The position numbers were made by a program, and so were the translations under genes. The notes beneath the pieces are model-generated. The model was given only the letters and a program-made list of their open reading frames with translations. It was not told the DNA's origin and searched no databases. Positions 26,308 through 34,943 of a stretch of 64,000 bases of DNA are shown here, piece by piece. Source of the stretch: Deltaproteobacteria bacterium (lineage in GTDB: Bacteria > Myxococcota_A > UBA796 > SXON01); assembly GCA_036676765.1 (NCBI GenBank), contig JAKFCH010000148.1, positions 11,141 to 75,140 on the forward strand, in the 5' to 3' direction. Within the stretch, counting starts at the first letter, position 1. The number at the start of each line of letters is the position of its first letter.

Positions 26308-26729
26308 TCTACTCGCGCGCCGCACAGGTCCACGGCGAGCGCTTCCTTGCCGTTGGGGAGCACGTTGAACATGCGAAAGCTGAAGTGATCCGGGTCGTAC
26401 CAGTCGAGGACGATGCGCCAGCCCCAGTCCGGCGATCCGTCGCCCGCCGGGTAGGTGCCGAACAACAGCACCGTGCTGCCTTGGACGTGGCCGTGCAGCA
26501 GCAGCCCGCTGGCCGCGTGGAACGTGTCGGTGAAGTCGCCGCGGCACGAGGGGCCGGGTCCGTTGAGCACGAGCTCGCCCTCCTTCTGCGCGCCATCGTG
26601 GGCCCATCGCACGGACACTCGGTCGGCGGCGACGACGAGCACTCCGTCGGAGACGTGGGCGGGTGTCCCCGGCATGAACCAGAGGCGGTTGGAACCGGCG
26701 AAGCGACCGTGGTGCGAGGAAGGGATCAT
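26304..26729 (-). CDS. hypothetical protein (probable beta-rich small domain)
   Basis: 141-aa ORF with normal composition and GC3 bias. No family assigned by eye. A 36-nt piece near its 3' end (26323-26358) is duplicated at 32728-32763. Confidence 0.55.
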   Translation of the reverse strand: MIPSSHHGRFAGSNRLWFMPGTPAHVSDGVLVVAADRVSVRWAHDGAQKEGELVLNGPGPSCRGDFTDTFHAASGLLLHGHVQGSTVLLFGTYPAGDGSPDWGWRIVLDWYDPDHFSFRMFNVLPNGKEALAVDLCGARVD

Positions 26730-26839
26730 GCGTCGATTCTACATGAAACCTCGATGCACGCAAGGCGCCTTCGCGCGATTCCGACTGCTTGCAGCCCGGC
26801 GAAAGAACGGGCATACAGGCGGTCCACAGGAAGACTACC

Positions 26840-29671
26840 ATGCGCCTCACGCTGCTGCTCACGCTCCTGCTCGTCGCCTGTACGGGCGAAGGCGAAAAGC
26901 CGACCGACTCCGGAGACGACGCGGGCACCGATGCCGATGCCGACGGCTTCACGGCGGTCGATGGCGATTGCGACGACAATGACTCCACCCGGTCGCCCGG
27001 GGCGGTCGAGGAGTGCGACGGAATAGACAACAACTGCGACAATGCAGTCGACGAGGGTGTCACCAACACGTACTTCGCGGACGCGGACGGCGACGGCTAC
27101 GGCGACCCCGCGGTGACCGAGCCCGCGTGCACGGCCTCCACCGGGTACGTCGCGACCGGTGACGACTGCGACGACACCGACGCCTCGAGCTTCCCCGGCG
27201 CCTTCGAGACCTGCGACGACGCCGACAACGACTGCGACGGCACGATCGACGAGGACGTGATCCCGACGTGGTACGCCGACGCCGACGCCGACGGCTACGG
27301 TGACGCCGCCGTCGCGCAGGACATCTGCCTCGCCCCCGGCGGCTACGTCGCCGATGCCACCGACTGCGACGACGCCGACGCCGACGTCAACCCGGGCGCC
27401 GCCGAGGCCGACTGCACCGATCCGAACGACTACAATTGCGACGGTTCCGTCGGATATGCCGATGTGGACGGCGACGGTCGCGCGGCCTGCGACGACTGCG
27501 ACGACGCTGTCGCCACGACCTACGAAGGCGCGTCGGAGGCCTGCAACGGCGTCGATGACGACTGCGACTCGGTGGTGGACGAAGACGTGACCACGACCTT
27601 CTACGCAGACGCCGACGCCGACGGCGCGGGCAACCTCGCCTTGCCCGTCGAGGCGTGCGACCTTCCTTCCGGCTACGCCGCGAGCGCCGACGACTGCGAC
27701 GACGCGCTCGCCGATGTGAACCCGAGCGCCCCCGAGATCTGCAACGGCGGCCTCGACGACGACTGCGACGGCTTCGCGGACGACGACGACGCAGGCGTCG
27801 ACCTCTCCACCGGCGAGACTTGGTACAGAGACGGCGACGGCGACGCCCACGGAGACCCCGCCGCGGCGCTCGACGCCTGCCTCGCTCCCGCCGATTACGT
27901 GGCGGATTCTTCGGACTGTGACGACGGGGCCGCCGCCGTGAACCCGGCCGCGACCGAAACCTGCAACAGCGGGGTGGACGACGACTGCGACGGTTCGGCG
28001 GATGACGCCGACACCACGGTGGCCGACACCACGACGTGGTTCTATGACCTCGACAGCGACGGTTTCGGCGACCCCGCCAGGACGGTCGACACCTGCGAGG
28101 CACCTGTCAGCTACGTCGGGACCGCGACCGACTGCGACGACGCGACCTTCGACGTCAATCCCGCCGCGACCGAGACCTGCAACAGCGGCGTGGACGACGA
28201 CTGTGACGGCCTCGCCGACGATGACGACGCCAGCACCGACCTGACCACGGGGGAGACCTGGTACTACGACAACGACGGTGACTCCTCGGGCGATGCCGCG
28301 GTGACCATGGACGCCTGCGTGGCCCCGACCTCCTACGTCGGGTCCGGTGACGACTGCAATGACGATGACGCGGCGATTGGTCCGACCGGCGTCGAAGTCT
28401 GCAACAGCGGCGTGGACGACGATTGTGACGGCCTCTCCGACGACGACGACCCCACCGTGGACCTCGCGACCGCCACCAGCTGGTTCGCCGACGGCGACCG
28501 CGACGGCGATGGCGATGCCGCGACCACCACCCGCACCTGCGTGTCGCCCGCTGGCCACGTCACGACGTCGTCGGACTGCAACGACGCCGACGCCGGTGTG
28601 TACACGGGCGCCACCGAGATCTGCAACGAGGGCGTCGACGACGACTGCGACGGCTTCGCCGACGACGACGACACATCCGTGGACACTTCGACCGGGTCGA
28701 CCTGGTACGCCGACGCCGACACGGACGGCTACGGCGACGCCGGCACCTCAGCGCAGACCTGCGAGGCCGGCTCGGGCTACCTCGCGGACGCCACCGACTG
28801 CGACGATCGCGACGCCGAGGCCCACCCGGGTGCCTCCGAAACCTGGTACGACGGGCAGGATCAGGACTGCGACGGCGCGTCCGACTACGACCAGGATGGC
28901 GACGGTGACGACGCGATTGGCTACGGCGGGATCGACGAGGACGACACGAACCCGGACTGCGCGGAGGACTGCTCCGACGGCTCGACCCAGGCGCGCGCCG
29001 GGGCTTCCTGCGAGGACCTGCTCGTGACCTTCCCGGACAGCGGGGACGGCACCTACTGGATCGATCCCGACTTCGACGGGGACACGTCCGACGCGTTCGA
29101 GGTCGAGTGCGACATGGAGAACGGCGGCTGGTCCCGCTGCTTCGCCTTGACCAACACCACCGCCGAGGACCTGATCGGAAACACCTGGTTCGACGACTGC
29201 GTCGATTGGACGGGCGATTGGACCGAAGACGAGGTCCGCGTCGTCCTGACCGACACCTCCGGCACGGTCCTCTACGATCACAACGGGGTGCGGCCGACGA
29301 CCTGGAGCCGTACGCAGCTCACGTCGACGGTCACCCCCTTCAGTCAATACCACGAGGACAACCACCTTTCGCTCGTCACGCTGGACAACGGCGACAAGCT
29401 GATGATCACCGGGAACAACAGCTACAACAGCGGCTGCGGCGGGTCGTTCGGCAACGGCTACGGCATCGTCGTGTACCCCAGCTCCCCGGACTACTACTCC
29501 AACCCGAAGATGCTGGTCATGTCGCACCAGCAGACCCTGACCTACACGAGCGTGCGGCTGTTCGCGGGCTGGACGGCGTCCAACGAGATCAGCGGGACGG
29601 GGGGCTCGTCGTTCAACACTTGCAGCTCTACACCGAGCCAGCTCGGAACGTTCGAGTTCTACCTGCGGTAG
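26840..29671 (+). CDS. secreted lipoprotein with about 10 MopE-type Cys/Asp repeats and a fibrinogen-C / collagen C-propeptide-like C-terminal domain
   Basis: ORF 26789..29671. The likely start is MRLTLLLTLLLVAC (lipobox) at 26840. It has 10 repeat units of the same pattern as the 8430..11627 gene, plus a 237-aa C-terminal domain. Confidence 0.85.
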   Translation: MRLTLLLTLLLVACTGEGEKPTDSGDDAGTDADADGFTAVDGDCDDNDSTRSPGAVEECDGIDNNCDNAVDEGVTNTYFADADGDGYGDPAVTEPACTASTGYVATGDDCDDTDASSFPGAFETCDDADNDCDGTIDEDVIPTWYADADADGYGDAAVAQDICLAPGGYVADATDCDDADADVNPGAAEADCTDPNDYNCDGSVGYADVDGDGRAACDDCDDAVATTYEGASEACNGVDDDCDSVVDEDVTTTFYADADADGAGNLALPVEACDLPSGYAASADDCDDALADVNPSAPEICNGGLDDDCDGFADDDDAGVDLSTGETWYRDGDGDAHGDPAAALDACLAPADYVADSSDCDDGAAAVNPAATETCNSGVDDDCDGSADDADTTVADTTTWFYDLDSDGFGDPARTVDTCEAPVSYVGTATDCDDATFDVNPAATETCNSGVDDDCDGLADDDDASTDLTTGETWYYDNDGDSSGDAAVTMDACVAPTSYVGSGDDCNDDDAAIGPTGVEVCNSGVDDDCDGLSDDDDPTVDLATATSWFADGDRDGDGDAATTTRTCVSPAGHVTTSSDCNDADAGVYTGATEICNEGVDDDCDGFADDDDTSVDTSTGSTWYADADTDGYGDAGTSAQTCEAGSGYLADATDCDDRDAEAHPGASETWYDGQDQDCDGASDYDQDGDGDDAIGYGGIDEDDTNPDCAEDCSDGSTQARAGASCEDLLVTFPDSGDGTYWIDPDFDGDTSDAFEVECDMENGGWSRCFALTNTTAEDLIGNTWFDDCVDWTGDWTEDEVRVVLTDTSGTVLYDHNGVRPTTWSRTQLTSTVTPFSQYHEDNHLSLVTLDNGDKLMITGNNSYNSGCGGSFGNGYGIVVYPSSPDYYSNPKMLVMSHQQTLTYTSVRLFAGWTASNEISGTGGSSFNTCSSTPSQLGTFEFYLR

Positions 29672-29723
29672 CCCGCGGGGTGCCCCGTGTGACCCGGGAT
29701 CCTGTCGTACTATCGGGTACCCT

Positions 29724-31283
29724 TTGCCCCTCGACGAAGGCCGCGACGTGACCATGCTCGACCCCGACGCATACACCCTCGCCGTCCGCCGCCTTCGTGG
29801 TGCGGCAAACCCGACGGTCCCTGCCGCGCTCGCCGCCCGGATCGTACCGGAGGCGACCCGCCGGGGGGACCTCGGGACTTCGATGCTCGCTTCCTTGATC
29901 GCCGGGGAGAATGTCGCGGAGCGCCTCACGACGTTGCCCGCCGCGGACCTGACCAACGTCGTCGGCGCATTCGCAGGGCTCGGCCCCCTGGACTCCGTCT
30001 GGCATGTCCTGTTCGGGCTCGCGGAGCGACGGGACGACGCCGTCCCCGCGATCGACGCAGCCCTGGCATCGTGGCCGGACCACGCGCGACCATTCCCGCG
30101 CACGTGGTGGGCGGCGCGGCTGGAAGGCCGTTTCCGTGACTGCCACCGGCTCGCGCGGAGGATCTGCCTGGAGGAGTCGCCGATTGGGAGCGACGACGTC
30201 CCCAGGCTCGCACGCGCGTTCGCCGGGGTGCCCGACGTCGACGTGTCGGGCAGCGAGGTCTCGACCGGGACCCTGGTCGCGCTGGTGGGGTCGGGCGCGC
30301 TCCGCGAGGCGCGTCGCCTGTCGCTCGCGCGGTGTGGACTGGCGCACGCCCGCGCCCTGTTCCTGCCGGGCCTCGACGCGCTGGAGACGCTCGAGCTCAC
30401 GAGCAACCCGCTCGGCGCCCGCGGGGCGGCACGGCTGCTCCGCGCGTTCCCGCCGCGCCTCCGGACCCTGGGCCTCCAGGCCTGCCGTATCGACCTGCCC
30501 GAACTCGTCGCCGAGCTCCGCGGAGAGGCTCCCGCGGTCGGTTGGCGGTCCATCGACCTCGACCTGTCGCGGGCCGAGCGCGTGAACGAGGGGCTCATCG
30601 CCTGGGCGGCGGAGCCGTCGATCGCGATCGCGAGCGGCCTCGACCTGTTCCACGTCGACATCTTCCCTGACGCGATCGAGGCGCTCGCGCGGTCGCCGTG
30701 GGTGGGCCTGCGTCGGTTCTGCCTCAACCAGGCGACGCTCGGTACCGAGGGCGTGCGGGCGCTGATCCGGGCGCCGTGGGCGAGCGGCCTGCAGGATGTC
30801 GACGCCTTCCAGCAGCACGCCGGGGACGCGATCGCCGACGACCTGCTCGCGTGGGACGCCCGTCACCTGCGGTCGCTCGCGATGATGCACAACGATCTCG
30901 GCCCGGGTGTCGCGTCGGCGCTCGCGCGCATGGATCTGTCCGGACTGCAGCGGCTGGAGCTGTCCCACAACCGCACCCTCGACGACGCCTCGCTCGCGGC
31001 GATCGTCTCGAACCCGAGCCTCGTGCGCCTGCGCACGCTGCTCGCGACCGGGACCGGCGCCGGGCCGCGGACCCTCGCGGCGATCGCGCGCGGGCGGCAC
31101 CTTCGGAGCCTGGCGGACGTTCACCTGGGCGGCGACGTGGGCGAGGACGTCGACGTCCTCGCGGAGGCGACGGCGCCCTTGCGCCGCGTGACCCTCGGCG
31201 GCCTGTCGGACTCCGGGCTGGCATGGCTCGCGGGCCTGCTGCCGGACGTGCTCCCGGGCAATGGGTTCTTTCGGTCCTGGTGA
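29724..31283 (+). CDS. leucine-rich repeat protein (ribonuclease-inhibitor-like LRRs)
   Basis: Repeated L..L.L..N.LG..GA..L units (LETLELTSNPLGARGAARLL, LRTLGLQACRI, LQRLELSHNRTLDDASLAAIV, LRTLLATGTGAGPRTLAAIA). An alternative start is MLDPDAY, about 30 nt downstream. Confidence 0.7.
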   Translation: MPLDEGRDVTMLDPDAYTLAVRRLRGAANPTVPAALAARIVPEATRRGDLGTSMLASLIAGENVAERLTTLPAADLTNVVGAFAGLGPLDSVWHVLFGLAERRDDAVPAIDAALASWPDHARPFPRTWWAARLEGRFRDCHRLARRICLEESPIGSDDVPRLARAFAGVPDVDVSGSEVSTGTLVALVGSGALREARRLSLARCGLAHARALFLPGLDALETLELTSNPLGARGAARLLRAFPPRLRTLGLQACRIDLPELVAELRGEAPAVGWRSIDLDLSRAERVNEGLIAWAAEPSIAIASGLDLFHVDIFPDAIEALARSPWVGLRRFCLNQATLGTEGVRALIRAPWASGLQDVDAFQQHAGDAIADDLLAWDARHLRSLAMMHNDLGPGVASALARMDLSGLQRLELSHNRTLDDASLAAIVSNPSLVRLRTLLATGTGAGPRTLAAIARGRHLRSLADVHLGGDVGEDVDVLAEATAPLRRVTLGGLSDSGLAWLAGLLPDVLPGNGFFRSW

Positions 31284-31410
31284 CAGGGGCAACCTCCCAA
31301 GGGTAGTCGAGGATGCCACGTCGAGCACCTGGGTACACAGTGCTACCAAGCACCCGAAGGCCCGCCAAAGGGGTCAGGCTTGACAATCCGGGGGTGGGTC
31401 GGTTGCGGGT

Positions 31411-31842
31411 TCATGCCTCGATCGCGCGCAGGTAGCCTCGCGCCGCATAGCCGAGAAGTGCGCGATCCCGAGTGACGAGAATGGCACTCTCGTGACGCGC
31501 GGTCGCTGCGATGATTCGATCCGAGGGATCACCGTGAAGGTCGCCCGGGAGACGAGTGCTGGCGACGGCGATCTCGGGGGAGAGCGGAAGGATGCGGAGG
31601 CCCGCGCGCCTGGTGGACTCGGCCACCCACTCGAGACAGTCCATCTGGAGCTGCATGCGCCCCTTGGATTCCAGCATGGCCACCTCCCAGACCGATATGG
31701 CGGAGATGGCGAGCGCCGACTCGGCGGAAGCACGGCGAATGCCGTCGAGAGCGCCCTCGAGGAGGCGCTCCGGACCACCGTTCACCAGCCAGATCCAGAC
31801 GTGCGTGTCGAGCACATGGAGGTCTACTGATCCGCTTCCCAC
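31411..31842 (-). CDS. vapC: PIN-domain toxin (VapC family)
   Basis: VLDTHVWIW...ISVWEVAML...DPSDRIIAATARHESAILVTRD carries the conserved PIN acidic residues. The GTG start overlaps the antitoxin 3' end by 19 nt. Confidence 0.8.
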   Translation of the reverse strand: MGSGSVDLHVLDTHVWIWLVNGGPERLLEGALDGIRRASAESALAISAISVWEVAMLESKGRMQLQMDCLEWVAESTRRAGLRILPLSPEIAVASTRLPGDLHGDPSDRIIAATARHESAILVTRDRALLGYAARGYLRAIEA

Positions 31843-32072
31843 TGCTCCTCCAGGGGCGCGACGATGTCCCCGACCACCGTGACGGTCCCCCGCATGCAGC
31901 CGAACACGTCTCGCGCGCCGGCCTCGGCGATGGGTACGAGCTTCGCGACCGGTCGACCGCGCTTGGTGATGACCACCTCACGACCGGTCTCCTCGACCTC
32001 GTCCATCAACTGAAGGCAGCGTGCCTTGAACTCGCCGGCGGGGATCTCCATGATGCACCTCACCATGGTCAT
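31824..32072 (-). CDS. Phd/YefM-type antitoxin
   Basis: 82 aa. IPAGEFKARCLQLMDEVEETGREVVITKRGRPVAKLVP is the classic Phd/YefM N-terminal fold signature. It lies immediately upstream of the PIN gene. Confidence 0.8.
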   Translation of the reverse strand: MTMVRCIMEIPAGEFKARCLQLMDEVEETGREVVITKRGRPVAKLVPIAEAGARDVFGCMRGTVTVVGDIVAPLEEQWEADQ

Positions 32073-32140
32073 ATAGCCATGGTCATCAGGCCGTCAAGTC
32101 ACCTGGCCCGACGGGCGGAGTCGTCCTCCGTCGGGTGCTC

Positions 32141-32207
32141 GGGGACAATGGGACGTGGTGGTCGCCTCACCCGACGTCCGGCTTCCACGAAGCCGAGGCT
32201 GAAGGCG
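32141..32207. repeat. copy C of the recurrent about-70-nt element
   Basis: GGGGACAATGGGACGTGGTGGTCGCCTCACCCGACGTCCGGCTTCCACGAAGCCGAGGCTGAAGGCG. It shares both termini with copies A and B and its core with copy D. Confidence 0.6.
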
Positions 32208-32775
32208 CGAGGGTGTGGATGTCGGCGACCAACTCGGCGCCGGGGATGGCATCGACGAGGCCCAGCTTGACAGCGTAGCCGCAGATCAGGATCCTCGGGC
32301 GCAGCTCGGGAGAGAGCTCGCGGACGGCCGCCACGATCTCCTCCACGGAGGGACGCTGCTCGGCGAGCGCCATCGACACGAGCACGAGACCGGGGCGCCC
32401 CTCCCGAATCGCGGCGACGACAACGTTCGGCGTAGGTGGGGGATCGAGGATGCGGACCTCGACACCCTGACCGAGGAGCCATGACGCGAGTGTGCGCAAG
32501 GCCAGCGTATGGAAGTTGCCGGGCGCGTTGAGGAGCAGAGCGGAGGCTGACGGCGCGGGGCGCTCCTCGCTTCGCACCCGGGCCTCGAGCAGCGTGAACG
32601 CCTGCGCGCAGAAGGAAGTGAAGCGGTGCTCCTCTGCGACGGTGATCACCCCGCGCTTCCAGTCCTCGCCGATGTGGTAGAGCAGCGGCGCGAGCAGCCC
32701 CAACAACACGTCCACCGGGCGCATGCCCACAGGTCCACGGCGAGCGCTTCCTTGCCGTTGGGGTGCCGTGCGCAT
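32167..32775 (-). pseudogene. N-terminally truncated, chimeric paralog of the B12-binding-domain gene
   Basis: 32156-32728 matches 23528-24100 with a constant offset of 8628, no indels, and about 95% identity by eye. The zinc ribbon and first helix are missing. The 5' end is fused to 36 nt from near the 3' end of the 26304..26729 gene. An internal Met (start at 32724, MRPVDVLLGLL...) could still give a B12-domain-only protein. Confidence 0.55.
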
Positions 32776-32821
32776 CCAAGCCTTAGTTCCGAGCGCCCGA
32801 GGTTCAACCCCTTGACTACGG

Positions 32822-32930
32822 GAAGCTCGACGACTCCGTACTCGGCTGCAGCCACGACGACGTGCTCGCCACGTCGACTACCGCATCAAGGATGCGGTGG
32901 TGCCGTTTCACCACCCGACCCCGACGGCCC
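32822..32930 (+). pseudogene. miniature internal-deletion relic of a large serine recombinase gene
   Basis: 32822-32870 matches about 40660-40708 (GAAGCTCGACGACTCCGT.CTCGGCT.CA.CCACGACGACGTGCTCGC). 32869-32930 matches about 41091-41152 (CACGT.GACTACCGCATCAAGGATGCGG.GGTGCCGTTTCACCA). The two blocks are joined directly at a short CGCC microhomology. Confidence 0.55.
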
Positions 32931-32943
32931 GCCTCGGGGTCAT

Positions 32944-33014
32944 GGGGACAATGGGTCCAGGCGATCGACTCCACGGACGTTCGTGCGCCCCGAAGCCGAG
33001 CCTGAAGGCGTCAG
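32944..33014. repeat. copy B of the recurrent about-70-nt element
   Basis: GGGGACAATGGGTCCAGGCGATCGACTCCACGGACGTTCGTGCGCCCCGAAGCCGAGCCTGAAGGCGTCAG. It is collinear with copy A at roughly 75% identity. Confidence 0.6.
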
Positions 33015-33179
33015 ATCGCGTCCTCCGGGTCGGGTTCCCGGTCCGGAATCACGGCCCCTTGTCAGCCAGGCGCGCGGGCGCTGGGCGCGGCTCCGCCCCC
33101 CTGCCCCGCTACGCGCTCGCACCTGGAGGCGCGCCTCCAGGCGGCCCAGGCGCACCTTCGCGCCGGGCGCTTCCGCACG

Positions 33180-34430
33180 GTGGCCGAGGTCGCGGCCGCA
33201 GTCGGCCTCTCCCGCCGCCGGGGCGCGACGTCGGTTTCGGAACCCGACGCCCTGTCCGCGACGGGCGCGCAACGCGAGCCTCGTTGTGACGAGCGCAACA
33301 ACGATTGTGACGGCTCCGTGGACGAGGGCTTGGACGCCGACGGGGACGGGCTCCTGTCGTGCGCCGGCGACTGTGAAGATGCGGATCCGTCCGTCAACCC
33401 GGACGCGACCGAGGTGTGTGGGGACGGCCTCGACAACGATTGCAGCGGCGACGCGCCCGGGTGCGGGTGGTCCGGGACCAACACCACCGCCGACGCGAGC
33501 CTCACGCTCACCGGTCGACATCAACACCTGGCTGGGCAGCGCGGTGTCCCTCGCGGGCGACATCGACGGCGACGGGCGCGACGACCTCCTCGTCGGGGCG
33601 CACCAGGTGGGCTCGTCGTTCACGTCGCCGCCCGGCGCACTGTACGTGTTCCACGGGCCGATCGGGGCCGAGACCGTCGCGACCGCCGATGCCACGATCA
33701 TCGGCGACGTGACCGCGGGCGGGTTCGGGGGCGCCGTGGCGATCATCGGGGACACCAACTTCGACGGCAAGGACGACGTGCTCGTGGGAGCCTCGAAACG
33801 CCCCGACGGCACGTCCACCTACGTCGGCGTCGCATACCTGTTCCGTGGCGATCTCTCGAACACCACGGTCGACACCGCCTACGCGACCGTGACCTGCTCG
33901 GACGCGCTCGCGCAGTGCGGCCGTGACGTTGCCGCGGCGGGTGACATCGACGGAGACGGGGCCGCCGACGCGCTCGTGAGCGCGCCGGGGCGCGTCGGCG
34001 TGTTCCTTGGCGCCTCCTTCGCCGGGACCCTGCCGCTCACGGACGCCGATGTCCTCGTGACGTCGGAGGAGCCCCATGACGCGTTCGGCACGGCGATCGA
34101 CGGACTCGGCGACATCGACGGGGAGGGCCTCGGCGACTGGGTCGCGACGGCGCACCTCGGCGCCGAGGAGTACGGCGCGGCCTACGTGTTCCTCGGGGGC
34201 GGCCCCGCCGCGCTCGCCACGTCGGACGCCGACGCGATCATCGTGGGGGAGAACGCCGAGAGCCACTTCGGTTGCGACGCCGACGCCCTCGGCGACACGA
34301 ACGGAGACGGCTAAGGCGACTTCGTCGTGGGCGCCCACGATAAACGCGACGGCGGGATGCAGGCAGGCGCCGTCTACGTGTTCCTCGGCCTCCCGACGGT
34401 GAGCACCGCCGCCGAGGCGGACGCCGACCT
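33180..34430 (+). pseudogene. FG-GAP (integrin-alpha-like) repeat protein gene, disrupted
   Basis: A MopE-like motif (CDERNNDCDGSVDEG...CGDGLDNDCSG) lies in the frame of ORF 33180. The reading shifts near 33510 into the frame of ORF 32626, which carries FG-GAP repeats (GSAVSLAGDIDGDGRDDLLVGA, GGAVAIIGDTNFDGKDDVLVGA, AAGDIDGDGAADALVSA, GLGDIDGEGLGDWVA). An in-frame TAA at 34312-14 interrupts GDTNGDG*GDFVVGAHD. There is no signal peptide and the 3' end is cut at about 34430. Confidence 0.65.
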
Positions 34431-34540
34431 CACCGCGCCGCGGCCACCGCCTCGAGGCGGGCGGTGACGATGCGCGCCTTCAGGTCCTCGAGGAGGGAGG
34501 GGTAGGTAGTCGGGAGCGGGCTCGTCAAACGGTCAGCCAT
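34430..34540 (-). pseudogene. 5'-terminal fragment of a DUF1016/YhcG-type (PDDEXK nuclease) gene
   Basis: The 36-codon ORF MADRLTSPLPTTYPSLLEDLKARIVTARLEAVAAAR resembles the characteristic N-terminus of YhcG-family proteins (Y..LL.dlK.rI..A...A). It stops where the FG-GAP relic ends. Confidence 0.4.
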
Positions 34541-34943
34541 CTTCGCCGTCCATCCCGGGGACCGACGCGACGCGCGCGTCCCGATGGCGACGTCCCGAGA
34601 GGATTGACGCCCTGCACCCGGCCTTGTCGCGCCCTCGGTGATGACGGCCAGCAGCGTGGCGAGCGTACTTTTCCGAACCCCGGCTTGTTCCCGTTGATCG
34701 CAAGGAACGAGCGGCACCACGACGCGGAGCACAGCACGACGGCGGTGCCCGCTTGACGCCGGGCGGGATGCGTGCGACAGCACTCCGCAGGTGCAGCTCC
34801 CGCACCACGGAATTCTACACCCCGACCCCTTAGGGCCCACACGTGGTGACCGCGCCGGAGAGCTTTCTGTCGATGTCGTTCGGTTTCGATCACAAAGGGA
34901 ACGTGCCCACGGCGGCGGCCGACGCGGGGGCTCGCTCACGGCG

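Noticed and set aside
29672-29700. A short GC hairpin (GCGGG-gtgc-CCCGT) after the 26840..29671 gene as an intrinsic terminator.
   Set aside because: It has only a 5-bp stem including a G-U pair and no U-tract, so it is not distinguishable from background in GC-rich DNA.
32790-32822. Possible tRNA 3' half (T-arm-like CGAGG-TTCAACC-CCTTG), which would mark an integrase target site.
   Set aside because: I could not find a matching 5' acceptor strand, D-arm or anticodon stem upstream. The similarity to a T-loop is short and could be chance. A tRNAscan or Infernal run would settle it.
34645-34685. Walker-A-like string AGVRKSTLATLLA (minus strand) as evidence for an ATPase gene.
   Set aside because: The surrounding ORF (34430..34939) is otherwise Arg/Ser/Pro-rich with no other NTPase motifs, and the invariant Gly is replaced. 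At most it is a decayed fragment, mentioned under the fragment-graveyard finding.
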